Positions 27,009 to 38,620 of a DNA stretch of 64,000 nucleotides are shown here, one piece after another. Numbering within the stretch: position 1 is the stretch's first letter; every line of letters starts with the position of its first letter. The DNA comes from Candidatus Eiseniibacteriota bacterium (GTDB lineage Bacteria > Eisenbacteria > RBG-16-71-46 > SZUA-252). The notes under the pieces were generated by a model, which saw only the letters and a list, made by a program, of their open reading frames with translations, made no database searches and was not told where the DNA came from. The DNA lies in the NCBI GenBank assembly GCA_005893265.1, contig VBOX01000085.1:5017-69016 (forward strand), given 5' to 3'. Position numbers and translations under genes: made by a program.

Positions 27009-28018
27009 GCGCCGGCTCCCTGCCCGGCGGTTCCCACCAAGGTCGGATTCAGGAGCGTCTCGGCGAGGCGAAGGGCGGCCACGGTCTCGCGAACGTCGTG
27101 CGTTCGAAAGATCCTGGCGCCGAGAGCGTAGGCGGCGACAGCCGCTCCGAGGCCTGCGGCGAGCCTGCCTTCGAGCGGCGAGTCCGTCAAGGTGCCAAGG
27201 AACGACTTTCGGGAGAGGCCGACGTAGACCGGGCGACCGAGCGACTTGAGCCCCGGAATCCCGCGCAGCGCATCGATGCTCTGCTCGGCGCGCTTCGAGA
27301 ACCCGATCCCCGGATCGATCGCGATCCGCTCGCGCGGGACGCCCCGCGATTCCGCGAGCTGGATTCGCTCGGCGAGGAACGCGCGCACGTCGGCGGCCAC
27401 GTCGGCATAGTCACGCCGCGCGTGGAGCGCCCCCGGCGCGCCGAGCGAATGCATGAGCACGAGGCCCGCCCCCGCGCGCGCGGCCTCATCCGCCACGGTG
27501 GGCGCGACTCCCAGCCCGCTCACGTCGTTCACGATCGCGGCTCCGCATTCGAGCGCGCGACGCGCGACCTCGGGATGGTAGGTGTCGATCGAGACCGGCA
27601 GAGGGATGCGCGACACGATCGAGCGGAGCGCGGGTTCCACGCGGTTCCATTCCTCTCCGGACCCCACCGGAGCGCTGCCCGGGCGCGTGCTCTGCCCGCC
27701 GACGTCGATCGCGTCCGCCCCTTCGGAAGCCATCGCTTCCGCACGGGCGATCGCCGAATCGACGCTCTCAAAGCGGCCGCCGTCGTAAAAGGAATCGGGG
27801 GTCAGGTTCAAGATGCCCACCACGCGCGGGCGGTCGTTCAGGTCCCAGACGCCGGTGCGGTGGACGAAGGTCAGCGGCTCAGTCGGGACTCGCTGCGGGG
27901 AGATTTCGATACGCGGAGCATCGGGATCCAGGCGCACGGGATCACGCCAATCCCGGGCTCTCGCTGGGTGCGATCCGAGGCGCGTGCGCCCCATCGCGCG
28001 CGGACTCCTTGTTGTCAT
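27005..28018 (-). CDS. folP: Dihydropteroate synthase
   Basis: The pterin-binding domain shows VVGILNLTPDSFYDGG and DIGGQSTRPG. The true start is probably internal (near the Met at 27994 or further in), because the track ORF overlaps the ftsH 3' end. Confidence 0.8.
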   Translation of the reverse strand: MTTRSPRAMGRTRLGSHPARARDWRDPVRLDPDAPRIEISPQRVPTEPLTFVHRTGVWDLNDRPRVVGILNLTPDSFYDGGRFESVDSAIARAEAMASEGADAIDVGGQSTRPGSAPVGSGEEWNRVEPALRSIVSRIPLPVSIDTYHPEVARRALECGAAIVNDVSGLGVAPTVADEAARAGAGLVLMHSLGAPGALHARRDYADVAADVRAFLAERIQLAESRGVPRERIAIDPGIGFSKRAEQSIDALRGIPGLKSLGRPVYVGLSRKSFLGTLTDSPLEGRLAAGLGAAVAAYALGARIFRTHDVRETVAALRLAETLLNPTLVGTAGQGAGA

Positions 28019-30029
28019 CCGATTCCTGCGTGAAGCCGCTCTCGTCCTGACCGTCGGTCGAGGAGCGCGGGCGCGGGAGCGGCTCGAGCTTCTCCCCGCG
28101 CAGCACCTTCTCGACTTGCTCGCCGTCCAGCATCTCGCGCTCGAGGAGGGCCCCCGCCAGGAGATGAAGCTTGTCCACGTTGTCGACGAGGAGCTGGCGG
28201 GCGTGGTTGTAGGCGCCGTCCACCAGGCTACGCACCTCCTCGTCGATCATGATCGCGGTCTTCTCGCTGTAATCGCGATGCTGTGAGATCTCGCGACCCA
28301 GGAACACGAACTCTTCCTTGGTTCCGAACGTCAGCGGGCCCAGCCGTTCGCTCATGCCCCACTCGCAGACCATGCGGCGGGCGATGTTGGTTGCGCGGCG
28401 TATGTCGTCCTGCGCCCCCGTGGTGAGCTGATTCAGCACGACCTGCTCGGCGGCGCGCCCTCCCATCAGGTGGGTGAGAACCATGAGCCAGTATTCGCGC
28501 GAGAAGGAGTGGCGTTCGTCCTGGGGCAGGTACGCGGTCAATCCGAGCGCGCGACCCCGTGGGATGATCGTCACCTTGTGAACCTTGTCGCTCCCGGGTT
28601 GCAACCACGCCATGAGCGCGTGTCCCGCCTCGTGGTAGGACGTGCTTTTCTTCTCGGCATCCGAGATGACGAGGCTGCGCCGCTCGGTCCCCATCATCAC
28701 CTTGTCTTTCGCGTCCTCGAAATCCGGCGCGGAGACCCGCTTGTGGTTGCGCCGCGCCGCGAGGAGCGCGGCTTCGTTCACGAGATTGGCCAGGTCCGCG
28801 CCCACCATGCCCGGGGTGCCGCGCGCGATGGTGTTCAGATTGACGTCCTCGCCGACGGGAATGTTGCGCGTGTGCACGCGCAGGATTCCCTCACGCCCGC
28901 GCACGTCCGGAACGTCGACCACGATCTGGCGGTCGAATCGGCCCGGGCGCAGGAGCGCCGGATCGAGCACGTCCGGACGGTTCGTGGCCGCGATCAGGAT
29001 CACGCCGTCGTTCGATTCGAAACCGTCCATCTCGACGAGGAGCTGATTCAGTGTCTGCTCGCGCTCGTCGTGCCCGCCGCCCAAGCCCGCGCCGCGGTGG
29101 CGTCCGACAGCGTCGATCTCGTCGATGAAGATGATGCAAGGCGCGTTACGTTTGCCCTGGTCGAAAAGGTCACGGACCCGCGAGGCGCCGACCCCGACGA
29201 ACATCTCCACGAAGTCGGAGCCGGAGAGTGAGAAGAACGGCACGTTTGCCTCGCCCGCGACCGCCTTGGCGAGGAGCGTCTTTCCCGTTCCCGGTGGGCC
29301 GAGCAAGAGCGCGCCCTTGGGAATCCGTCCGCCGAGCCGCTGGAACTTCTTCGGGTCGCGAAGAAACTCGATGATTTCCTCCAGCTCCTGCTTCGCCTCG
29401 TCCGCGCCGGCCACGTCCTTGAAGGTGACCTTGGGGCTGTTTTCCATGAGCACCTTGGGCCGGCTCTTCCCGAACTTCATCGCGTTCGCGCCGCCCGACT
29501 GAATCTGCCGGATCATGAACATCCAGAGAACGAGGAGCGCCACGAACGGCAGGTAGGAGAGTGCCAGGCTCCACCAATTCATCCCGGGGGGCTTCGAGTT
29601 GACCGTCGCGTCGGGGCTCTTGGCGAGGACCGCTCTTCCGAGATCCTTGTCCTCGGCGGGAAGATAAACTTTGAAGAAGACGTAGGAGGCCGGCCGCCCC
29701 TCCTCGTGCGTGAGGGCGCTCTGCTTGAGCTCGCCCACGACCTCGCGGTCGACGATGGTGACGGCCTTGAGGTTGCCGGAGTCCACCTGCGCGAGGAACT
29801 CGGAGTAGGGAATCTCGTGCGTTTTGGCCTTGATCTCACCGTAGATCTGCACGAAGAGAATCACGCCGAGCACGAGGATGAGCCAAAGTAGCGCGGTGCG
29901 GATCGGCCGTGCCGGTCCGAAGGGCGCGGACTTCCGCTGCGGCATCCTCGGCGGGCGACCCTTCCGGGGCGGCGGACCGGCGGACTTGCGGAGCATGGTG
30001 AGCGCCTTCTCGTTGTCGATTCGAATCAT
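27942..30029 (-). CDS. ftsH: ATP-dependent zinc metalloprotease FtsH
   Basis: N-terminal TM and periplasmic region, then AAA+ Walker A (GPPGTGKT), Walker B, SRH, and a HEAGH zinc motif. Confidence 0.9.
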   Translation of the reverse strand: MIRIDNEKALTMLRKSAGPPPRKGRPPRMPQRKSAPFGPARPIRTALLWLILVLGVILFVQIYGEIKAKTHEIPYSEFLAQVDSGNLKAVTIVDREVVGELKQSALTHEEGRPASYVFFKVYLPAEDKDLGRAVLAKSPDATVNSKPPGMNWWSLALSYLPFVALLVLWMFMIRQIQSGGANAMKFGKSRPKVLMENSPKVTFKDVAGADEAKQELEEIIEFLRDPKKFQRLGGRIPKGALLLGPPGTGKTLLAKAVAGEANVPFFSLSGSDFVEMFVGVGASRVRDLFDQGKRNAPCIIFIDEIDAVGRHRGAGLGGGHDEREQTLNQLLVEMDGFESNDGVILIAATNRPDVLDPALLRPGRFDRQIVVDVPDVRGREGILRVHTRNIPVGEDVNLNTIARGTPGMVGADLANLVNEAALLAARRNHKRVSAPDFEDAKDKVMMGTERRSLVISDAEKKSTSYHEAGHALMAWLQPGSDKVHKVTIIPRGRALGLTAYLPQDERHSFSREYWLMVLTHLMGGRAAEQVVLNQLTTGAQDDIRRATNIARRMVCEWGMSERLGPLTFGTKEEFVFLGREISQHRDYSEKTAIMIDEEVRSLVDGAYNHARQLLVDNVDKLHLLAGALLEREMLDGEQVEKVLRGEKLEPLPRPRSSTDGQDESGFTQESDDNKESARDGAHAPRIAPSESPGLA

Positions 30030-30095
30030 AGGCTGGCTAGGTCCTGTCTGGGTTCGAGGGCGTCGACCGGGATATCGGCCCGAACGCCCGGTTAC

Positions 30096-31169
30096 TCAAG
30101 TCTTGGATGGCGATTCGGCGCGCTCCGGTTCCGCTTCGCGCTTCCTCAGCACGAGTGTTTCCCGCCCGCGGCGAGCCTGGATCCCCAACGGGATGTCCGC
30201 GGACCGGCCGGCGTGTGACGTGAGGAGCGAGTGGAGGGCGTCGATGTGAGCCGTCGAGAATTCGAGGATGTCCCCGTTCAACTCCTGCAAGACGCAGCGG
30301 AAGAGGTACTTCCGCAGAAGCTCAGGGTAGTGGAGCATCCCGGCCGCATCAAGCTCGATTTTCCCGGAATCGCTTGCTCGGACGAGGCTCGGCAGGATCC
30401 GACGAGCCTCCACGGTCAAATAGGCGTCCGCTTCGCGAAAAAGCGCCGCCTCTCGGACCAGGGATTGAGAGATGGATGGGTTCATGGCCTCCCGGATGCG
30501 CGGCAGGATCTCGAGCCTCAAGAAATTCCGCCGGGCGTCCGGCACCAGATTGGATGAATCCAGCCTGTGCGCGAGAGCGCGGCGCTTCAGGTAGTCGAGG
30601 ACCTGCTCCCGTGTGGTTGTGAGGAGCGGGCGCACCAGATAAAGGCCATGCAATTTCCTTACCGGCAACATCCCGGAGAGCCCTGTGAGCCCGGCGCCGC
30701 GGATCAACCGAAGGAGCACGGTCTCGGCCTGATCATCCGCGGTGTGGGCGACGGCCACCCGGTCCGCTCCGACCTCCTCCGCCATCTTACGGAGCGCCTC
30801 GTAGCGTACCACCCGGGCCGCAGCCTCCTTGGATTCGCGGCGTTCGCGCTGCCTGAGCCCTGGCAGGACCCGTGTCGAAAGGCACCGGACGCCGAGCTGC
30901 TCCGCGGCCCGCTCCACAAATGAGGCATCCTCCTCCGACTCGGTCCCTCGGAGCCCGTGGTTCACATGCCCCGCGACGAGCTTTCCCGCCGGAATTCCCG
31001 AGCGCTCGCGGTATCCGGCAAGGAAATCGAGGAGCGCGATCGAGTCGGGCCCCCCCGAAACGCCCACCAGCAGGGTTGATTCCCGCGGAATGAGCCCATG
31101 CGCGACGATGAGGCGCTCGGCGTTGAGCTCCAGGCGCTGATCGAGTGGGTTGGGGCGGGCCGCCTTCAT
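30096..31169 (-). CDS. tilS: tRNA(Ile)-lysidine synthetase
   Basis: PP-loop SGGPDS (LLVGVSGGPDSIAL) and a TilS substrate-binding C-terminal region. The start is set at MKAARPNPLD (ATG 31169); the track ORF extends to 31241. Confidence 0.85.
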   Translation of the reverse strand: MKAARPNPLDQRLELNAERLIVAHGLIPRESTLLVGVSGGPDSIALLDFLAGYRERSGIPAGKLVAGHVNHGLRGTESEEDASFVERAAEQLGVRCLSTRVLPGLRQRERRESKEAAARVVRYEALRKMAEEVGADRVAVAHTADDQAETVLLRLIRGAGLTGLSGMLPVRKLHGLYLVRPLLTTTREQVLDYLKRRALAHRLDSSNLVPDARRNFLRLEILPRIREAMNPSISQSLVREAALFREADAYLTVEARRILPSLVRASDSGKIELDAAGMLHYPELLRKYLFRCVLQELNGDILEFSTAHIDALHSLLTSHAGRSADIPLGIQARRGRETLVLRKREAEPERAESPSKT

Positions 31170-31263
31170 GCCCCGGGGCCGTCGTGTCGGAAAGGGAGCC
31201 ACCCAAGGAGTATACCGGAGGGCGCAAAAAGCGCGGGGCAAAGCCCCGCGCCCAAGCGCAAGA

Positions 31264-31339
31264 TGGTGGCGGCGCAGGGATTCGAACCCCGGACCAAGGG
31301 ATTATGATTCCCCTGCTCTACCAGCTGAGCTACACCGCC
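31264..31339 (-). tRNA. tRNA with CAU anticodon (elongator tRNA-Met, or tRNA-Ile2 whose CAU is lysidinylated by TilS)
   Basis: 76 nt (GGCGGTGTAGCTCAGCTGGTAGAGCAGGGGAATCATAATCCCTTGGTCCGGGGTTCGAATCCCTGCGCCGCCACCA) folds as a cloverleaf with a 7-bp acceptor stem, a D-arm, an anticodon loop AUCAUAA, TPsiC GTTCGAATC and an encoded CCA. The G1-C72 pair argues against an initiator tRNA. Confidence 0.85.
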
Positions 31340-31488
31340 AGCGAGAATAGGATCGTAGTCACGCGACCCCGCAGTGTCAAGGCGGGCCGGTTGACATGGC
31401 CGGATGCCGATTCGTATACTCAAGAATTACCATTTCGCAGGCCGGCTCCACCGGCGCACCGGCGCCTTCAGGGAGATCTCCAAACCTC

Positions 31489-33662
<2,174 letters not shown>

Positions 33663-33670
33663 AAGCGCGG

Positions 33671-33693
33671 CGCCCCGCCGGGGGAGCGGGGCG
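33671..33693 (+). terminator. Hairpin (CGCCCCGC/GCGGGGCG, 7-nt loop) after guaB
   Basis: Perfect 8-bp inverted repeat 9 nt after the guaB stop. Only a weak T-run (TGGTGTTCG) follows. Confidence 0.35.
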
Positions 33694-33784
33694 TGGTGTT
33701 CGACCGCGTTTGTTCAAGGGGTGCGTGCCCTCCGGGGGTGAGTCGGTCGGGGGACGAAGGGCACGCGGGGGATCGGTGCTCCCG

Positions 33785-34566
33785 CTAGGGGCCTCCTGCG
33801 GGCAACGAAAAGTGGAAATCGGGCGACAGCTGACGGATCTCGCGAGCGAGTCCGCGCATCTGATCCAGGAGCTTCCGCTCGCCGGTCCGCTTCCATTCCG
33901 AGTAGGCATCAAGCAACAGGTCCTGCATATCCCGAAGCGATTGTTCCTTCGCGTCTTCGTCGACCTTGCGCTCGAGCCGAATCACATGCGCCTTCCGGAA
34001 CCGCTTCGAGACGCTCCAGTACTCGCCCTTCATGTGCGAGAGAAGCTTGTGGTAGCGCTCCAGCCCGAGCGTCAGCTTCTCCAGCACTGACGCGATCGTC
34101 TCGGCCGGATTCTCGAGCAGCTCGCCGTACGTATACGTGAAGTGATACCAGTTGGGGCTCCGCCCCACGTCCGCTTCCTCACCGGGGAGCATGCCGTCGC
34201 GTCGGCTCGGCACGTTGGGCCCGTGGTGCTCGAAGATGCCGATCGAGATGAGCAAGAGGTCGTCGGGCGTGCGAAGGATGAGGTATTTCAGGGCGCCGTG
34301 ATTCGAGTTGGCCAACCGGCGCCAGGCGCCGATGTCGTACCGGGAGAGAAGCCGGGTGCGCTCCGACGGTAGGGGCACCTGCGCCTCGAACTGGTCGCGC
34401 AACGCGCTCAAGTAAGCATCCACATCCTCCTGAGGAAGCGGGTCGCCGTTCTGCGGCGTGCCCTCCGCTTTCGTGAGGAGGAGGCAGTTCATCGTGAAAT
34501 AGAGTGTCGGCTGCAGCTTCCTCTGCACCGCCTTGCCTGCGAGATACTTTCGCGCTGCCGACATTG
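33785..34566 (-). CDS. Hypothetical protein
   Basis: 260 aa from the Met at 34566 (the track ORF extends to 34711). Composition is AT-richer than its neighbours. No confident family; a faint sulfotransferase-like motif (LILRTPDD) is too weak to call. Confidence 0.4.
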
Positions 34567-35050
34567 CCGTACTCCTTGGAAGGGCATCCCCTGCCCGGAC
34601 CGCATCCCATCCACATTCCGAATCGAGTACCACTGCATCCGGCGTGCCGCATGGGATGGGCCGTGTACGCATGGGGTGGCAACTCCTGCTGCAGCATGGA
34701 GATCGGGCCAAGTGAGATCGCGCGCGACATCGGGGTCACACGTGCCGATGTGTCGCGGTGTGGCTTGAAGGAACCGAGGAAACGGGCGTAAGCACCCATT
34801 TATATAGATGGGCCCGATCTTGCGTTTTGCGGTCCTACAAGCCTTTTGCAATTCGGACGGCGCCAAGCACTCTGCATTCGTTGGAGAAGCGGTCCGAAGA
34901 GACGAGGAGAAGTCACCCAATGTGCAAACGTACCCAGGCCTGCGGGCAGGATTTACACGAAACAGGTGGCACAGTATTTGCGGTTCATTCCGATTTCGCC
35001 ATAGCCACCGCATCAACGTCGCAACGGATCGAGGAGAAGTCGACGTGAAC

Positions 35051-35533
35051 ATGAACCTCGGCACGAGGGGCGCGCTTACCTTCCGGCTCGGTGATTTCTC
35101 GTTCGCCGTCCGTGTCGAGGAAGCCGGCGGAGTCCTCGACGCCGAACGGCTCGCGCATTTGCCGTGCGTTGCCGAGTCTGTCGCCGGGGTCGCAGCCTTT
35201 CGCGGCGAAATGGTCCCGGTCGTGGACCTCGCCGTATACCTAGGCATCGAGACCCAGGGCCTCCCGGGCCCCCGCTACGCACTCGTGCTCACCCGCGGCG
35301 TGGACCGATTCGCGCTGCTCATTCCTGAGATCCCCAAGCTGGTCCTGGGCCGCGACCTTCGCGAAGCGCCCGCTTCCGCTGTGGATCCCGAGCTGGGCGA
35401 GCTTTTCGAATCGGAGCTGGAGACGGACCAGGATCACTTCCACTGCCTCAACTACTGGAAGATTTTCGAATCCATGATTCCGCCCAGCGGCGCCGCTGGC
35501 CCGGGCCGGTCTTCCACGGAACGGGGGAACTAG
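35051..35533 (+). CDS. cheW: CheW-like coupling protein
   Basis: LTFRLGDFSFAVRVEEAGGV ... VAGVAAFRGEMVPVVDLA matches the CheW domain. The ATG is at 35051; GTG at 35045 is an alternative. Confidence 0.8.
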   Translation: MNLGTRGALTFRLGDFSFAVRVEEAGGVLDAERLAHLPCVAESVAGVAAFRGEMVPVVDLAVYLGIETQGLPGPRYALVLTRGVDRFALLIPEIPKLVLGRDLREAPASAVDPELGELFESELETDQDHFHCLNYWKIFESMIPPSGAAGPGRSSTERGN

Positions 35534-35535
35534 AG

Positions 35536-36858
35536 ATGCTAGGGCGGAGGGAAGACGACCGCGGGGGCAGTGCAGGACCGTCCGCGGTCCTCGTTACGTT
35601 CGCCACGGCAGTCCTGGCCGGGGCCGCCGGAATCATCCTTGCGGGGCTGGCCGCCTGGGTCTGGGTTGGGGCGATTACGTTCGGCGGCGCGTACCTCGCC
35701 TCGAGGACATCCAGGGGGGTGAAGGCCGAAAGCCCCCTCAAGGCGCGACGACTCCTCCTCATGCTCGACCGCGGTGGGTCCCAGGAGGCGAAGGCGCCGG
35801 TGGAGTTCACGGAGGAATGGGGGACGCTCTATGAGCGTCTGAACAAGATGGCCCTCGAGGCGCGGACCAGCTCGACCGCCCTTGCCGAGCTCGAACGATT
35901 CCGCCAGCAGGCCAATCTCGCCGCCTCCATTCTGAGGGACGGCAAGGACCCGCTGACCGAAGCGCCCGAGCTGCGCGTCGGACCGCTCCAGTCCCTGCTC
36001 GAAGGCATCAAGAGCGCGGCATCCACCCCGGTCGTGAGCCGGCTTCCGCTCGGGGAGGAAGAATTGATCGGCACGGACGGGGAGGGGCTGCCCCCGACCT
36101 GGCCCAAACCGACCGGGGAGTCATCCCCTCGCGGCCCCGCGATCGCGGAGGGAGTCGCGCGCGGGCTCCGGAACCTCGTTCAGGATCTCGAGGCGCTTGG
36201 CGCCACCCTGGGGGGCGAAGGCCGGAGGCCGACCACGCCGGGGGGCGAGAACCCGGATCTCAGGAGCCCAGCTCAGCTGGTGGATGCCGTCGTGCTCACC
36301 GCCGCGGACGGAATCGAGGACCTCGCGGCGGGCCTCATGCGGGCGAATGAGCTGGCGTCCGTCGCGGAGCGCGTGACCAATCGCGCAACCCTGCTCGCGT
36401 TGAACGCGGCGCTCGAGGCGACCCGCTCCGGCAGCGAAGCGTTCGCCGCCATCGCCGAGGAGACACGGCGGCTGGCCGAGTTCGCGCGGGAGGCCACCGA
36501 CACGATCTCGCGCCTTGCGTCCGAGATCGAGTACAAGGTCGGCGAAACGATCACCGCGATCCACGCCACCAGCGAGCACGCGAAGACGTCGTTGGCGGAG
36601 ATGTCCGGCGCCGCCACACCCCTCCCGGCGTCGGCACGGAGCGCGCGAGCCCAAATCGGGAAGCTGCTCGATCGGGCCCGCGAGCTTCAGCGAGCGCTCA
36701 ACACCCCCTCCTCCGACCGGGTCGGTGGGGACCCCATGGCCGGCCCGAATTCGGTGCAGGAACACGTGGAGAACGATCCGCCACCCGCCGACAAATTGCC
36801 TGCGGAGGGGATCTTGCTGATCGAAGGGCTGAAGCCCGGAGCCCGCCTCGAGAGCTGA
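35536..36858 (+). CDS. Methyl-accepting chemotaxis protein-like transducer (2 TM, MCP signalling domain)
   Basis: N-terminal TM helices precede a coiled-coil MCP signalling domain with a highly conserved tip (TNRATLLALNAALEATRSGSEAFAAIAEETRRLAE). Confidence 0.75.
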   Translation: MLGRREDDRGGSAGPSAVLVTFATAVLAGAAGIILAGLAAWVWVGAITFGGAYLASRTSRGVKAESPLKARRLLLMLDRGGSQEAKAPVEFTEEWGTLYERLNKMALEARTSSTALAELERFRQQANLAASILRDGKDPLTEAPELRVGPLQSLLEGIKSAASTPVVSRLPLGEEELIGTDGEGLPPTWPKPTGESSPRGPAIAEGVARGLRNLVQDLEALGATLGGEGRRPTTPGGENPDLRSPAQLVDAVVLTAADGIEDLAAGLMRANELASVAERVTNRATLLALNAALEATRSGSEAFAAIAEETRRLAEFAREATDTISRLASEIEYKVGETITAIHATSEHAKTSLAEMSGAATPLPASARSARAQIGKLLDRARELQRALNTPSSDRVGGDPMAGPNSVQEHVENDPPPADKLPAEGILLIEGLKPGARLES

Positions 36859-36886
36859 CCCCTCGCCCAGGCCATCGAGAGGCAGC

Positions 36887-38620
36887 ATGAGAACCGCCGC
36901 GTCCGAGTACCTAAGCCAAACTCAAATCATGTCTCGTCTGGGCGCGACCTTCGGTGCGCTCATTCACGAGCAGGTCGCGGCCGTACGCCGCTTCCTCGAC
37001 GATGAGACCAACTACGACTCGAGCGACTTCCTCCCGATCGCCGAGCTTGCGGTGCGGCTCGTCGAGCGGAGCGCCGAATGGCTCGAGGTCAGCGAGATCG
37101 CGAGCTTAGCCTTCGAGATGAGAGAGACATTGGCGCAATTGGGCCAGCTACGGCCCGCCGAGCGTCAGGACGTGGTCACGCAGTGCCGGGTCGCGCTGGA
37201 GGCCGAGGAGCGCCTGGTCGAGCGCCTGCGCTCCGACGGGTTCGCGGCCCTGGTCGATCACGCGGGCCTCGTGAGCGACGCCCTGGACGGTCTGCGCGCG
37301 AATCTGAAGCAGGCACGCGCGCAAGAGCTCAACTCGGCCCGCGGCATGATCGACGATGCCACGCCGGACGTGGGGAGCCAGGAAAACCTCCTTGCCCTTA
37401 CCTTCGAGATCAAGAACTCGCTCATTCATCAGAATGAACGGATCGGCTCGATGAGCGAGGTCGTCGGCGAGACGCTGGACGCCGCGCACTCGGCGCTGAC
37501 CGAGTGGGACATCGTCCAAAAGGCTGTGGAGCGCCAGCGGATCTCGCATGGAAAGAAGGCGAGCCAGCACCCGAGCCCCCTGGAGGGGAGGTCGCTGACC
37601 ATCAACCAGCGCCTCCAAGAGACGGCGTCGGGGCTCCGCACCATCTCCCATGAGCTGAACATGCTGTTGGGCCTTCAGTACTCGCTCGAGCGAAGGGCCC
37701 GCGATCTGGACGAGCATCTCCTGTGGGAATTCCTGGATCCACTCGACCGCTATCTCGACGACATGTATACCGCCGCCCAGTGCGGAAGCCGCGGCCAGAG
37801 GATGGGTCTCTCGATTCAGACCGGCGGGGTCGGTTTCGAGCCTGAGATCGGGGCGATCCTACTCCCGCTGGTGCTGCGGCTCCTCGAGACCATGCAGCCT
37901 TTGACCGAAGCCGGTGAGACGCTCGAGATCCGGATCACGGCTGCCCGGGAAGGGCTCGAGGCGCGGCTTCAAATCGAGGGTCCTATCACGCTCGATCTGG
38001 AGCCGGTCCGGCTCCTCGAGAACGCTCTGGAAAGCCTCGGGGGCTTTGCCTCGCTGAACGAATCGCCCGGCGCGGGGACGAGCCTGAGGTTGCAGTTCCC
38101 CATGGCGAGATCCCTCCGGAGCTTCTTGATCGTGGAAGCGGGGGGGCAACGGATCGCGCTCCCGTGGAGTGCGGTGGAGCGAATCTATTCGAGCGATTCC
38201 GATCCAGCCTGGACGTCAGCCGGCAGCCCCAGGCGAATCTACTCGCTTGCGGCGCTCTTCGGCCGCGATCCGGACGGGGCGCGGTCGGAGGCGAGTCCGT
38301 CGACGGGCACCGCGGGCCGCGGCTCGAGAACGGAGAACGGCGGCGAGGGGCATCCCCTGGCTGTGCTTCGGTCCGGGAGCGGGTCGGCGGTGGTCAGCTT
38401 CGACCGGCTCGTGTGGCGCGAGAACGCGCGTTTGAAGCCCCTTCCTCCGAGACTCTTTCCCGTCGAGGAAGTCCTCGGAGGCATCATGACTCCCGATTCC
38501 GGCATCACGCTCGTATTGAACCCAAGCGCCCTCCTGAAGCGCACGCGCGCGGAAGGCGACCCGCCCACGGACGCCGGGGGTCCCGACGCGCACGCCGACT
38601 CGGGAGGCGCCGCCTCGTGA
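36887..38620 (+). CDS. CheA-like protein with C-terminal CheW-like domain; ATPase region degenerate and no clear HPt histidine motif
   Basis: The domain order resembles CheA P3-P4-P5, and a C-terminal CheW-like domain is present (SFLIVEAGGQRIALPWSAVERI). The P4-like segment lacks a recognisable N-box Asn and DxGxG G1 box (LVLRLLETMQ...IEGPITL). No H..KG HPt motif was seen. Read by eye. Confidence 0.55.
   Translation: MRTAASEYLSQTQIMSRLGATFGALIHEQVAAVRRFLDDETNYDSSDFLPIAELAVRLVERSAEWLEVSEIASLAFEMRETLAQLGQLRPAERQDVVTQCRVALEAEERLVERLRSDGFAALVDHAGLVSDALDGLRANLKQARAQELNSARGMIDDATPDVGSQENLLALTFEIKNSLIHQNERIGSMSEVVGETLDAAHSALTEWDIVQKAVERQRISHGKKASQHPSPLEGRSLTINQRLQETASGLRTISHELNMLLGLQYSLERRARDLDEHLLWEFLDPLDRYLDDMYTAAQCGSRGQRMGLSIQTGGVGFEPEIGAILLPLVLRLLETMQPLTEAGETLEIRITAAREGLEARLQIEGPITLDLEPVRLLENALESLGGFASLNESPGAGTSLRLQFPMARSLRSFLIVEAGGQRIALPWSAVERIYSSDSDPAWTSAGSPRRIYSLAALFGRDPDGARSEASPSTGTAGRGSRTENGGEGHPLAVLRSGSGSAVVSFDRLVWRENARLKPLPPRLFPVEEVLGGIMTPDSGITLVLNPSALLKRTRAEGDPPTDAGGPDAHADSGGAAS

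Noticed and set aside
33785-34566. Polyphosphate kinase 2 or sulfotransferase assignment for the hypothetical protein
   Set aside because: I initially thought PPK2 and then sulfotransferase (the LILRTPDD motif). Neither the PPK2 Walker motifs nor the sulfotransferase PKSGTTW 5'-PSB motif are present, so the gene is left as hypothetical.
36121-36888. 255-aa minus-strand ORF inside the MCP gene
   Set aside because: Antisense to the highly conserved MCP signalling-domain tip.
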